From Bacteroidota bacterium (GTDB lineage: Bacteria; Bacteroidota; Bacteroidia; Bacteroidales; FEN-979), in the NCBI GenBank assembly GCA_037139855.1, contig JBAXFM010000002.1:1-52213 (forward strand): DNA of 52,213 nt, read 5' to 3'. The notes under the pieces were generated by a model. It was not told the DNA's origin, made no database searches, and worked only from the letters and a program-made list of their open reading frames with translations. Made by a program: the position numbers and the translations under genes. This document shows, piece after piece, positions 9,623 through 19,361 of the stretch (position 1 is the stretch's first letter; the number at the start of each line of letters is the position of its first letter).

Positions 9623-10160
9623 GTGTCTTGATAACAGTGAGATAATGCTGAACCTGTCCGAGATATTCCTCCGAAGTCATGGTTGGCTTCATATCAATCA
9701 TCAGATCATAATATTCTGTGTTTATTTCAGAAAACTTACCTACCCGGAACAGTGCTTTTGATAAACCGGAAATATACTTTAACGGAAAATTATCCTGCAA
9801 ACTCAAATCAATCAGCAAATCAAATTCTTTTTCAATAAAGTCCTTAACCTGGGTATGGATCGGTTTGTAAAACCATGTAAGGTCGCGTTTTGAAAAGAAA
9901 TCGTAGGATAATTTTGGTAAAAAACGCTGTACGAGGTTTTTATTCTGTACAAATCCCAACGCTTTCACCTCTTTATGTTCGCCCTGTAATTGTGATACAA
10001 ACTCTGAAACACGTTCATAATCAGGTACATCATCAAGGGTGTACAGGATGCCAATCCTTTTGGCATCTTTCAGATTCGTCATTTGACACTGACGTTCTGA
10101 ACGGGATAAATCCCTTCTATAATAGTATTGACCAATTTTAATTCTAAGATTACCAAACAT
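9603..10160 (-). CDS. Conserved hypothetical protein, first gene of the dapA operon
   Basis: 185-aa ORF with coding-like composition and a 20-nt overlap with dapA. A TTG-N20-TAACTTTG promoter lies 35 nt upstream. No motif recognised. Confidence 0.55.
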   Translation of the reverse strand: MFGNLRIKIGQYYYRRDLSRSERQCQMTNLKDAKRIGILYTLDDVPDYERVSEFVSQLQGEHKEVKALGFVQNKNLVQRFLPKLSYDFFSKRDLTWFYKPIHTQVKDFIEKEFDLLIDLSLQDNFPLKYISGLSKALFRVGKFSEINTEYYDLMIDMKPTMTSEEYLGQVQHYLTVIKTHAKRIP

Positions 10161-10194
10161 AATTTTCAGTTAATTATTCATTAAGACTGAGTTG

Positions 10195-10225
10195 CAAAGT
10201 TAATGATTCTTTGCAGACCTAACAA
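10195..10225 (-). promoter_or_regulatory. Promoter TTG-N20-TAACTTTG for the hypothetical-dapA-M14 operon
   Basis: Plus-strand caaagtta at 10195-10202 and caa at 10223-10225. The box lies 35 nt upstream of the ATG at 10160. Confidence 0.5.
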
Positions 10226-10293
10226 TATGCAACCTGGTTTTTAATAAACGCTTGCCTGGAAAACAAAGTATAGCCGATATTGTTAATAAAGCA

Positions 10294-10301
10294 TAATTTT
10301 G
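10294..10301 (+). promoter_or_regulatory. -7 box TAATTTTG upstream of the MBL-fold hydrolase gene
   Basis: Exact TAnnTTTG match 97 nt upstream of the ATG at 10399. No well-spaced -33 TTG. Repeat copy A would lie in the 5' UTR. Confidence 0.35.
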
Positions 10302-10305
10302 TAGT

Positions 10306-10367
10306 GGTTCACGCAGGGGTTCACGCAGATTTCCGCTGATTATGTTGCAGATTTTCGCAGATTAAAA
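10306..10367 (+). repeat. GCAGATTTTCGC-family intergenic repeat, copy A (forward)
   Basis: Sequence ggttcacgcag-g-ggttcacgcagatttccgctgattatgttgcagattttcgcagattaaaa. By eye it is about 85 percent identical over ~48 nt to copy D. GCAGA cores are spaced 22 and 10 nt apart, as in D. Confidence 0.8.
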
Positions 10368-10398
10368 CTCGTTTTACGAATAATAAAAACTTTAATCA

Positions 10399-11166
10399 AT
10401 GGTTATCAGATTCTTAGGCACGGGCACTTCCCAGGGGGTTCCTGTTATCGCATGTAATTGTGTAGTCTGCAAGTCCACCGATGCACGCGACAAACGATTG
10501 CGTTCGTCCATTGCAGTCGAACAGGATGACTGGAGGATTATCATAGACTGCGGCCCTGATTTCAGGCAACAAATGCTGCGCGAAAAATTCCAGTCCATTG
10601 ATGCCATCCTCGTAACACACGGACATAAGGATCATCTCGGCGGCCTTGACGATGTGCGGGCATTCAACTATATCAACCGCAGGCCTGCCGAAGTTTATGC
10701 CAGTATCAAGGTTCAACGCATCATTAAACTGGAATTTTCTTACGCTTTTGAAAAGAACCCTTACCCGGGCGTTCCTGAAATTGTGTTGCATACGCTGACA
10801 AATAAACCATTTTTCATTCATGAACAGAAAATCACGCCGATAAAAGCCCTGCATTTCAGTCCCGATCATTTTGTTTACGGTTTTCGGTTTGGGGATTTCA
10901 CCTATATCACCGATGCGGTGAAAATTCCGGAAAAGGAAAAGGAAAAAATCAAGGGATCGAAAATAATTGTGCTGAATGCACTGAGAAAACAGAAACACTA
11001 CTCTCATTTTAACCTGGAGGAGGCGCTTGCCCTGATGGAGGAGTTCAAACCGGAACAAGGTTATCTCACACACATCAGCCACCAGATGGGCACGTATGAA
11101 TCCGTCAGTAAAGAATTGCCTGATTACGTAAAATTAGCCTATGACGGACTTACTTTGACTTTTTAA
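10399..11166 (+). CDS. MBL-fold metallo-hydrolase (PhnP/GPMB-like)
   Basis: 255 aa. HxHxDH motif (THGHKDHLGG) and an N-terminal Cys cluster (CNCVVCKS) typical of PhnP-like members. Confidence 0.8.
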   Translation: MVIRFLGTGTSQGVPVIACNCVVCKSTDARDKRLRSSIAVEQDDWRIIIDCGPDFRQQMLREKFQSIDAILVTHGHKDHLGGLDDVRAFNYINRRPAEVYASIKVQRIIKLEFSYAFEKNPYPGVPEIVLHTLTNKPFFIHEQKITPIKALHFSPDHFVYGFRFGDFTYITDAVKIPEKEKEKIKGSKIIVLNALRKQKHYSHFNLEEALALMEEFKPEQGYLTHISHQMGTYESVSKELPDYVKLAYDGLTLTF

Positions 11167-12778
11167 CATATTTGAGGGTCAGCAGGTTCATGGGGTTGCT
11201 CCCAAGTCCACGAATATTTTTTTGAACAAACCGCAGCACCTGATCATAGTATAAAATTACCACCGGCGCCTCATCCATCATGATTTTTTCCATTTGCCGG
11301 TAGTAACTGAATCTGACTGAATCATTGACGGTTGACATGGCTTTTTCATACAACCTGTCAAAATCCGGATTGGAAAAATGGGTATAATTCGGGCCTTTCG
11401 GGCATAAGTTTTTTGAATAAAACATGGAGAGGTAGTTTTCGGCATCGGGATAGTCAGCGATCCAGGATGCCCGGAAAAAAGGCAGTTTCGCCTCCGATTT
11501 CATCTCTTTCACGGCGGCAGGCGGACTTACCTCAATCTTCATCTCTATTCCCAATGCTGAAACCTGATGCTGGATATATTTGCAAATATCAAGGTAATCG
11601 GCGGTGGAAGTCAGGGTGATGACCGGGAGGCCGGCCCCTTGCGGATAACCGGCTAACGCAAGCAATTGCCTGGCCCTGTCGGGATTGTAATCGTAAAAAA
11701 CATGCGTGGAATCGAAGGAAGGCAAGCCTTTTGGCGTTATTCCCTGGCAACCCGGAACGCCAATGTTGTTGCGCAGATAACGGATCATCTTTTTTCGGTC
11801 GAAGGCCATGTTGATGGCCTTCCTGATCTCCTTCACGGGAATTTGATCCTGCATTTTACGGTCGGTTCCTCCAACCATAAATCCAAGGTATTCTGTATTG
11901 AGGTAAGGCTGTGTGATCAAATCAATCTTTGACAAATATTCAGGTTGAAGCTTGCCTTCCCTGGTGAGCAACTCATCTTTATAGGTCGGATCAATCCCCG
12001 ACATCAGATCAAGGTTCCCTTTTATAAACTCCAGGAAGGCAGATTGCTTGTCGGGAACAAATGTGATGGCCACGGCATCCAGAAAAGGCAAACGCTGTCC
12101 GTTCTTTCTTTCAAAATATTTCGGATTCTTCAGCAAAACCAGCTTTACCCCTTCCTGCCACATTTTAAACATGAAAGGCCCTGTTCCAACAGGGTTTCTC
12201 CGAAATTCAGTGCCATAATAAGCCACCGCCTCCTGTGGCAATACGGAACAATACTGCATGCTGAGCAAGCGCAGAAAAGGCGGAAAAGGCGTTTCAAGGT
12301 GAATGATGAATGTGGAGTCATCCGGCGCTTCAAATGCGTCGGATAGTGCTAATTTTCTGATATTATTGAACAGCCATACACCTGGAGATGCCACCCTGGG
12401 ATCGATGATCCGCTTAAACGAAAACACAAAGTCACCGGCTGCCACCCTGCGGCCCTTACCCCCGGGAAATGCCGGACTGTCATGAAAAAACACATCACCG
12501 CGTAGGTGAAAAACATAATCGAGGCCCGACTCCGAAACACTCCATGACTTTGCGATGCATGGTTGGGTTTCCAATCGGTCATTCAGTTGCACCAGCCCGT
12601 TATACAGTTGATTTGCTGCCCAGGTAATGGCCTGATCGCGGGCAAAGGCAGGATCCAGCGTTGAAATATTGGCGGCCTCATTGTAACGAAATACCGTTTT
12701 ACCTTGTTGCTGATCGTAATCAGAGCAGGAATACAGCAAGGTAAAAGAGACAAAAAAAAGCAGGTTTGTTTTATTCAT
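11150..12778 (-). CDS. Family-5 (peptide/nickel, OppA/DppA-like) ABC substrate-binding lipoprotein, orphan
   Basis: 542 aa. Lipobox LLYSCSD. Its length and segments such as YNGLVQLND and NPKYFERKNG are typical of SBP_bac_5. No permease or ATPase is adjacent. Confidence 0.75.
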   Translation of the reverse strand: MNKTNLLFFVSFTLLYSCSDYDQQQGKTVFRYNEAANISTLDPAFARDQAITWAANQLYNGLVQLNDRLETQPCIAKSWSVSESGLDYVFHLRGDVFFHDSPAFPGGKGRRVAAGDFVFSFKRIIDPRVASPGVWLFNNIRKLALSDAFEAPDDSTFIIHLETPFPPFLRLLSMQYCSVLPQEAVAYYGTEFRRNPVGTGPFMFKMWQEGVKLVLLKNPKYFERKNGQRLPFLDAVAITFVPDKQSAFLEFIKGNLDLMSGIDPTYKDELLTREGKLQPEYLSKIDLITQPYLNTEYLGFMVGGTDRKMQDQIPVKEIRKAINMAFDRKKMIRYLRNNIGVPGCQGITPKGLPSFDSTHVFYDYNPDRARQLLALAGYPQGAGLPVITLTSTADYLDICKYIQHQVSALGIEMKIEVSPPAAVKEMKSEAKLPFFRASWIADYPDAENYLSMFYSKNLCPKGPNYTHFSNPDFDRLYEKAMSTVNDSVRFSYYRQMEKIMMDEAPVVILYYDQVLRFVQKNIRGLGSNPMNLLTLKYVKKSK

Positions 12779-12811
12779 AAGGTCAACGCAAAAATATCAG
12801 AAAAAAACCAT

Positions 12812-12819
12812 TAATTTTG
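12812..12819 (+). promoter_or_regulatory. -7 box TAATTTTG upstream of M1 aminopeptidase paralogue 1
   Basis: Exact TAnnTTTG match 30 nt upstream of the ATG at 12850. Confidence 0.4.
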
Positions 12820-12849
12820 TTAATTCTTTCACCTACTAATCTAAATTCC

Positions 12850-14847
12850 ATGAAACTTCGCTCAGTACTGACAATTCTGCTCTTCTCATTTTTTCTCTTT
12901 TCAAATGCCCAGGATTTTTCGACCATGAAAGGTTCATCTTATTGTTCCATGAAAAAATCCTCATCCCGAAACCTGCCGGGTAAACCCATGAACAACAATT
13001 CAGGCCCCAAACACTCCTTCGATGTGATCAAATATACGATGAATGTGGACCTGTACAATTGTTATTCATCGCCTTACCCCAAAAGTTTTACCGGATCTGT
13101 GATCCTCCGTTTTAAAGTAGATTCCACGTTGAATTCAATTAAACTGAATGCGGAGAACTTCTCATTGATCATTGATTCCGTGAGACTTGCCGGTGTAACA
13201 TTCACACACGCCAATGACCTGGTGACCATCCAGCTCAACAGGACATATAATGTTGGTGAACTGGTTGATGTTAAAATTTACTACCAGCATAAAAATGTTT
13301 CGGATAATGCTTTTTATGTAAATTCAGGATTCGTATTCACCGATTGTGAGCCCGAAGGGGCCCGCAGATGGTTCCCATGCTGGGACAGTCCTTCGGATAA
13401 AGCCTTGTTCGAACTCATGGCAAAAGTCAAAGCAAATGTACGGCTTGGCTCCAACGGACGACTGGCAGATTCGACCCTTGTGGGTGATTTTCTTACCTAT
13501 CATTGGATTTCAGACCAGAATGTTGCCACGTACCTGATGGTGATCACTTCAAAAGTCAATTACCAGTTGAACATTGGTTATTGGCACAAATTGAGCAATC
13601 CCGCCGACAGCGTTCCTTTGAGATATTACTTTAACACCGGTGAAGATCCTTCAGGGGTAATGGCCATCATGCCTGCCATGACGACCTGGTATTCACAGAA
13701 TTTCATTGAGCATCCATTCGATAAAAATGGGTTTGCAACCCTCAACTCCGATTTTGCCTGGGGAGGCATGGAAAACCAAACACTTACCAGCCTGTGTCCT
13801 GGTTGCTGGAGTGAAAGTCTGGCTGCCCATGAATTTGCCCATCAGTGGTTTGGCGACATGATTACCTGCAGTACCTGGGCCGACATCTGGCTGAATGAAG
13901 GTTTTGCCACATGGTCAGAGGCTTTCTGGTACGAAAGTTATGGCGGTTATTCTGCTTATAAAACCTCCATCAACAATGAGGCAAGCAGTTATCTTGGAAG
14001 TAACCCGGGCTGGCCGATCTCAGATCCTTCCTGGGCAACAACAACCCCACCGGTCAATACCCTGTTTAATTATGCAATCACCTATGCAAAAGGCGCTTGT
14101 GTGCTGCATCAACTGCGGTATGTGCTGGGTGATCCCCTGTTTTTTCAAACACTGAAAACATATTGTGCTGACACCAACCTGAAATTCCACTCCGCAACAA
14201 TTCCTGATTTTATTGCAAAGGTGAACCAGGTTTCTGGCGCTGATTACAACTGGTTTTTTGATGAATGGATTTATCAACCGAATCATCCGGTTTACCAGAA
14301 TACCTACAACTTTGAGGATATCGGTAATGGTCAGTGGAAGGTTAATTTCTTTATGCAACAGGTACAAACCAATCCCCCGTTCTTCAAAATGCCGGTTGAA
14401 GTGCTGGTAAGATTTGCCGATGCCACCGATACGACATTGTATATCATGAATGATGTAAACTCGCAGCAGTTCTCCTGGACGTTTAATAAACAGCCTTTCG
14501 TGTTCAAGTTTGACCCCGACAGGCAAATTGTACTCAAAGCAGGAAATACCCTTGTCGGCGTTCCTGACAACATTTCAAAAACTGCCCATGCAAGTTTATC
14601 ACAGAATTCTCCGAATCCTGCCGGAAACACAACCCGTATTCGTTATGCAATTGACGAACCTTTGAAAGTAAAACTGGAAATCAGCGATATGTTGGGAGTT
14701 TTAATGATGCAACAGGTTGACAAACTGCAACCCGCTGGTGAATATGAAATCAACGTTGATTGTTCAGGTCTTGCACCCGGCAATTATCTTTATAAACTGA
14801 CAGCCGGGAATACGCAATTGGTGAAAAAGCTGGTCATCATCAAATAG
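12850..14847 (+). CDS. M1-family aminopeptidase with T9SS C-terminal sorting domain (paralogue 1)
   Basis: Motifs WGGMENQ, HEFAHQWFG and WLNEGFA. C-terminal CTD (SQNSPNPAGNTTRIRY...GNYLYKL...KLVIIK). The ATG at 12850 gives the signal peptide MKLRSVLTILLFSFFLFSNAQ. The track start at 12817 (TTG) lies inside a TAATTTTG promoter box. Confidence 0.88.
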   Translation: MKLRSVLTILLFSFFLFSNAQDFSTMKGSSYCSMKKSSSRNLPGKPMNNNSGPKHSFDVIKYTMNVDLYNCYSSPYPKSFTGSVILRFKVDSTLNSIKLNAENFSLIIDSVRLAGVTFTHANDLVTIQLNRTYNVGELVDVKIYYQHKNVSDNAFYVNSGFVFTDCEPEGARRWFPCWDSPSDKALFELMAKVKANVRLGSNGRLADSTLVGDFLTYHWISDQNVATYLMVITSKVNYQLNIGYWHKLSNPADSVPLRYYFNTGEDPSGVMAIMPAMTTWYSQNFIEHPFDKNGFATLNSDFAWGGMENQTLTSLCPGCWSESLAAHEFAHQWFGDMITCSTWADIWLNEGFATWSEAFWYESYGGYSAYKTSINNEASSYLGSNPGWPISDPSWATTTPPVNTLFNYAITYAKGACVLHQLRYVLGDPLFFQTLKTYCADTNLKFHSATIPDFIAKVNQVSGADYNWFFDEWIYQPNHPVYQNTYNFEDIGNGQWKVNFFMQQVQTNPPFFKMPVEVLVRFADATDTTLYIMNDVNSQQFSWTFNKQPFVFKFDPDRQIVLKAGNTLVGVPDNISKTAHASLSQNSPNPAGNTTRIRYAIDEPLKVKLEISDMLGVLMMQQVDKLQPAGEYEINVDCSGLAPGNYLYKLTAGNTQLVKKLVIIK

Positions 14848-14851
14848 GAAT

Positions 14852-16798
14852 ATGAAAACGTATTTTATATCCATCCTGTGGCTGGCGCTGTCGGTTGCAT
14901 CTGTTGCTCATTCATCACCGGTTATGCTTAAACCGGCAGATACGACCCACTTTTATACCAGCCACAGTTTCGACGTTTTGAAGTACAAGCTGGATATCAC
15001 CTTGTACCAGTGTTATCAAACTCCTTTTCCGAAAACCTTCACCGCCAGTGAAGTGATTACGTTCAGGGTTGATTCAACCTTGAATTCCATCCAACTGAAC
15101 GCGAATACGGCATCGTTAACGATTGATTCTGTCAGGTTGGCAGCTGTTTCCTTTACCCATGTCTCGAATATTTTAACTGTTACGCTTCAAAGAACCTATT
15201 CGCCCGGGGAAGTGGTGAGTATTCTCATTTATTACAGGCATAAAAATATCACTGACGCTGGCTTTTATGTCAGTTCGGGATTTGTTTTTACCGACTCACC
15301 GCCTGAAGGCGCCAGGAAATGGCTGCCTTGCTGGGATCGCCCGTCCGACAAGGCTACCTGGGAGTTGCTTGCCCGGGTTCCACTTTCGGTCAGGCTTGGT
15401 TCAACCGGACTCCTCGCCGACTCGACCCTGTCAGGAGATACGCTCACCTATCATTGGATCAGCAATATCCCTGTGGCAACTTATCTGATAACCTTTACCT
15501 CAAGTGTTAATTTTCAGATTCATACAAAGTACTGGCACAAGCTATCCAAACCTGACGACAGCATTCCGGTAAAAATTTATTATAAGTCAGGTGAAAAGCT
15601 TGCGATTGCTGACAGCACAATAATCCCCATCACCAATTACTTCGCTGAAAGATTCGGAGATTATCCGTTTGAAAAAATTGGATTTGCGACCCTCAACAGC
15701 TCTTTTGCCTGGGGAGGAATGGAAAACCAAAGCATGGTGAACCTGATGCCGGGCGGATACGATGATGCCAATCTGATTGCCCACGAACACTCCCATCAAT
15801 GGTTTGGCGATTTGATTACCTGTGGTACCTGGGCCGACATCTGGCTGAACGAGGGCTTTGGAACTTATTGCCAAAACCTGTGGGTTGAACATTCGGCAGG
15901 CTTTGAGGCCTACAAGAACAGTATGAACGCTCTTGCTTCCTATTACCTGGCTCATAATCCGGGATGGCCGCTATACCATCCCCTGTGGGCTTACATTACG
16001 CCCAACGGCAATACGTTGTATAACCAGGCAATTACCTACAATAAGGGGGCTTGTGTGCTTTTTCAGCTGAGATATGTATTGGGCGACAATACATTTTTCA
16101 GGGTGATGCAGGATTATGCAACCGACACCAATCTGATGTTTAAAAATGCCTTCACCCACGATTTTGTAGAAAAAGTGAATCAGGATGCAGGTCAGGACCT
16201 GAACTGGTTTTTTGACGAATGGGTGTATGGCCCGAATCATCCCGTTTATCAAAACACCTTTGAAATTGATAGCCTGGGTGAAAACTCCTGGCGTTTACCC
16301 TTTAAACTGAGCCAAACCCAGACAAATGCCGCATTTTTCAAAATGCCGGTGCAGGTTAAAATAAGTTTCAACGATGCCACGGATACCATCGTACAGGTTA
16401 TGAATGATGTTAATAACCAGGAATTTGCTTTCAGTTTTTCTAAAAAACCAATTAATATGGTGTTTGATCCATATCGGAATATCCTGCTCAAACAAGCCAC
16501 CACCATTTACGGCATTAAAACAATCCAGGGAAGACAAGGATTTAAACTCAACCAGAATGAGCCTAACCCATTCACGAATCATACGATGGTATCATACGAA
16601 GTTGGCGCTGAAGAAACGGTTGCCATTTCAGTTTATGACAGCAATGGGAAATTGTTGAATTGTCCGGTAAACAGGCTGCACACGCCAGGTTTTTACAGAT
16701 TTGAATTGTCAAATCCGGGGTTGATGCCCGGAATCTATTTTATTAAAATGGAAGCAGGTATCTTCACAGATACAAAGAGGATAGTTGTAGTCAGGTAA
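14852..16798 (+). CDS. M1-family aminopeptidase with T9SS C-terminal sorting domain (paralogue 2)
   Basis: Motifs WGGMENQ, HEHSHQWFG and WLNEGFG. CTD (NEPNPFTNHTMVSYEV...GIYFIKM...RIVVVR). Colinear similarity to the upstream gene along the whole length. 4-nt intergenic gap. Confidence 0.88.
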   Translation: MKTYFISILWLALSVASVAHSSPVMLKPADTTHFYTSHSFDVLKYKLDITLYQCYQTPFPKTFTASEVITFRVDSTLNSIQLNANTASLTIDSVRLAAVSFTHVSNILTVTLQRTYSPGEVVSILIYYRHKNITDAGFYVSSGFVFTDSPPEGARKWLPCWDRPSDKATWELLARVPLSVRLGSTGLLADSTLSGDTLTYHWISNIPVATYLITFTSSVNFQIHTKYWHKLSKPDDSIPVKIYYKSGEKLAIADSTIIPITNYFAERFGDYPFEKIGFATLNSSFAWGGMENQSMVNLMPGGYDDANLIAHEHSHQWFGDLITCGTWADIWLNEGFGTYCQNLWVEHSAGFEAYKNSMNALASYYLAHNPGWPLYHPLWAYITPNGNTLYNQAITYNKGACVLFQLRYVLGDNTFFRVMQDYATDTNLMFKNAFTHDFVEKVNQDAGQDLNWFFDEWVYGPNHPVYQNTFEIDSLGENSWRLPFKLSQTQTNAAFFKMPVQVKISFNDATDTIVQVMNDVNNQEFAFSFSKKPINMVFDPYRNILLKQATTIYGIKTIQGRQGFKLNQNEPNPFTNHTMVSYEVGAEETVAISVYDSNGKLLNCPVNRLHTPGFYRFELSNPGLMPGIYFIKMEAGIFTDTKRIVVVR

Positions 16799-16803
16799 GT
16801 TGC

Positions 16804-19269
16804 CTATTTATCATAGGTTAATTTCAGCGGATTCTTCACCTGCTCTTTCAGAAGCGCCAGATCCCTGATCTCCTGCATCTCATCGATATAATGGAACGTC
16901 AGCCCCTGGATATATTCCGGTTTGATCTCTTCAATATCCTTTTTATTCTCTTTTGACAAAATAATATCGGTGAGATTTGCCCGTCGCGCGGCAAGCATCT
17001 TTTCCTTGATCCCTCCTACCGGCAACACTTTGCCACGCAAAGTAATTTCACCGGTCATGGCAAGGCGCTCGCCCACTTTGAATTGGGTAAAAGCAGAAGC
17101 CAGAGCCGTAAACATGGTAATCCCGGCCGAAGGTCCGTCTTTGGGTGTTGCCCCTTCCGGAACATGAATATGCACACTCCAGTGCTGAAATACCCCGGGA
17201 TCGATTCCAAATACTTCAGAATGAGCTTTCAGATAAGCCAGTGCGATAGAGGCAGATTCTTTCATCACATCTCCGAGGTTTCCCGTCAGGGTAAGCTCCC
17301 CTTTTCCCCTGCTCAGGCTGACTTCAACAAAAAGTATTTCGCCACCGGCCATGGTCCATGCCAACCCGGTAACAACACCGGCAACATCATTGGAGATATA
17401 CTTGTCGGCCTGAAATATGGGAATACCCATGATCTTTTTGAGATCGGCCGGAACAAGTTTTTTGTTAAACTTTTCCCTGGAAACAATGGCGATCACCTTA
17501 CTGCGGATTACCTTGGCAATGCTCTTTTCAAGCATGCGCACGCCCGATTCCCGTGTGTAATCCTCAATGATTTTGGTTATCAGATCATCGCTGAACTGAA
17601 GCTGGTTTTTCTTGATTCCATGTTCCAGAAACTGTTTGGGTAACAGATGTCGTTTGGCAATCTCCAACTTCTCCTCCACCAGATATCCGGGGATGTCGAT
17701 TATTTCCATCCTGTCGCGCAAAGCAGGGTGGATGGTACTCAGCGTGTTGGCAGTGGCTATAAACATAATCCGGGAAAGATCATATTCAATCTCCAGATAA
17801 TTGTCATAAAAAGTGCTGTTCTGTTCAGGATCAAGCACTTCAAGCAAAGCAGCCTGGGGATCTCCATTGATGTTCATCCCCATCACCTTGTCGATTTCGT
17901 CTAATACAAAAACCGGGTTCGATGATTTGGTCTTTTTCAGACTTTGCAATATACGGCCAGGCATTGCGCCAATGTATGTTTTGCGGTGACCCCGAAGTTC
18001 CGATTCATCGCGGAGTCCGCCCAATGACATGCGGGTATATTTGCGTCCGAGCGCCCGGGCAATGCTTTTCCCCAGTGATGTTTTTCCAACCCCCGGAGGG
18101 CCAACCAGGCACAATATCGGTGATTTAAGGTCGCGTTTCAGTTTGATTACAGCGAGATGTTCGATGATGCGTTCTTTAACCTTTTCCAATCCAAAATGGT
18201 CTTCGTCAAGCACTTGCTGAGCATGGTGCAGATCAAGATTATCGGGTGTAAACTCCCCCCAGGGAAGTTGCACAAGGGTTTCAAGGTAGTTGGTTTGGAT
18301 GGAATATTCAGCGGCCATCGGATGCATCCGCTGCAATTTGCTCATCTCCTTTTCAAAGACGTCGGAAACTTCTTTTGCCCATTTCTTATCTTTTGCCTGT
18401 TCACGCAGCGCATTAATTTCCTGGGAATTGGGACTTCCGCCAAGTTCTTCCTGGATGGTTTTCAACTGTTGATTCAGCAAAAAATCACGCTGTTGTTTAT
18501 CCATGTCAGTTTTAACCTTATTCTGAATCTGCTGTTTCAGATCGGCTACCTGAAGCTCTTTGGTTAACAGGGTAAGGACTAGATTTGCACAATCAACTAA
18601 ATCGGCAACTTCCAGCAATTTTTGTTTCTCGATCAGATCAACATTCAGGTTCGATGAAATAAAATGAACCAGAAATGAGGGTGATTCAATATTCTTGATG
18701 GCAAAAGCAGCCTCCGATGGAATATTGGGGGATTTTGTAATGATTTGAATGGCAAGATCTTTCAGGGAGGCAATGAGTGCGCTGAATTCCCCATTGTCGG
18801 TAGGAATGTTCACAGGAGCCTCGAAGGCTGTTACGGAAGCCATGATATAGGGTTCCGACTGGATCATTTCATTAATCGCAAAACGCCGTTTGCCTTGAAT
18901 AATGGCAGTATTGCTTCCATCGGGCATCTGTAAAATCTTGATGATGTATGCTACGGTGCCTATTTTGTTCAGGTCATCAAATTCAGGGTCTTCAACGTTG
19001 GCATCTTTTTGAGAAACTACTCCGATGATACGGGTTCCTTTGTAATACTCACGGATAAGTTTGATTGACTTGTCACGGCCAACGGTGATGGGAATTACTA
19101 CACCCGGAAAAAGAACGGTATTGCGCAACGGAAGAATCGGAAGAACCTCGGGAACCTCCTCGGTATTCATCGTTTCTTCATCCTCCGATGACAATAAAGG
19201 AATAAATTCTGTTTCCGAATCAATCAGGTCAGAAAACATCAGTGAGTTATGCTCCATTTGATTATTCAT
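16804..19269 (-). CDS. lon: ATP-dependent Lon protease (LonA)
   Basis: 821 aa. Walker [10 protein letters not shown]; catalytic Ser context [11 protein letters not shown]; N-terminal LON substrate-binding domain ([16 protein letters not shown]). Confidence 0.95.
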   Translation of the reverse strand: MNNQMEHNSLMFSDLIDSETEFIPLLSSEDEETMNTEEVPEVLPILPLRNTVLFPGVVIPITVGRDKSIKLIREYYKGTRIIGVVSQKDANVEDPEFDDLNKIGTVAYIIKILQMPDGSNTAIIQGKRRFAINEMIQSEPYIMASVTAFEAPVNIPTDNGEFSALIASLKDLAIQIITKSPNIPSEAAFAIKNIESPSFLVHFISSNLNVDLIEKQKLLEVADLVDCANLVLTLLTKELQVADLKQQIQNKVKTDMDKQQRDFLLNQQLKTIQEELGGSPNSQEINALREQAKDKKWAKEVSDVFEKEMSKLQRMHPMAAEYSIQTNYLETLVQLPWGEFTPDNLDLHHAQQVLDEDHFGLEKVKERIIEHLAVIKLKRDLKSPILCLVGPPGVGKTSLGKSIARALGRKYTRMSLGGLRDESELRGHRKTYIGAMPGRILQSLKKTKSSNPVFVLDEIDKVMGMNINGDPQAALLEVLDPEQNSTFYDNYLEIEYDLSRIMFIATANTLSTIHPALRDRMEIIDIPGYLVEEKLEIAKRHLLPKQFLEHGIKKNQLQFSDDLITKIIEDYTRESGVRMLEKSIAKVIRSKVIAIVSREKFNKKLVPADLKKIMGIPIFQADKYISNDVAGVVTGLAWTMAGGEILFVEVSLSRGKGELTLTGNLGDVMKESASIALAYLKAHSEVFGIDPGVFQHWSVHIHVPEGATPKDGPSAGITMFTALASAFTQFKVGERLAMTGEITLRGKVLPVGGIKEKMLAARRANLTDIILSKENKKDIEEIKPEYIQGLTFHYIDEMQEIRDLALLKEQVKNPLKLTYDK

Positions 19270-19361
19270 ATTTTTCGAAAAGACAATATATCATTTACCC
19301 CGAAAAACTTCAGGGGAAATGATTATGACAATAAATGTGCCACGAAATTGGTGACTACATT

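Noticed and set aside
10414-11082. Long antisense ORFs opposite well-supported genes: 10414..11082. Also 37040..37651, 26063..26632, 47715..48299, 17083..17643 and 14020..14526.
   Set aside because: Each is fully embedded antisense in a gene with strong family motifs (MBL hydrolase, ABC ATPase, DUF1015, GT4, Lon, M1 peptidase). Their translations are Arg/Ser/Cys-rich low-information sequence. I treat them as frame shadows, not overlapping genes.
12817-12849. 5' extensions offered by the ORF track: 12817 here. Also 8748, 22114, 24385, 30173, 32258, 50712 and 50782.
   Set aside because: In each case a downstream ATG gives a canonical signal peptide or family N-terminus. The extension also overlaps a neighbouring gene, a TAnnTTTG promoter box or a hairpin. 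I used the shorter models, but the true starts need experimental or comparative confirmation.
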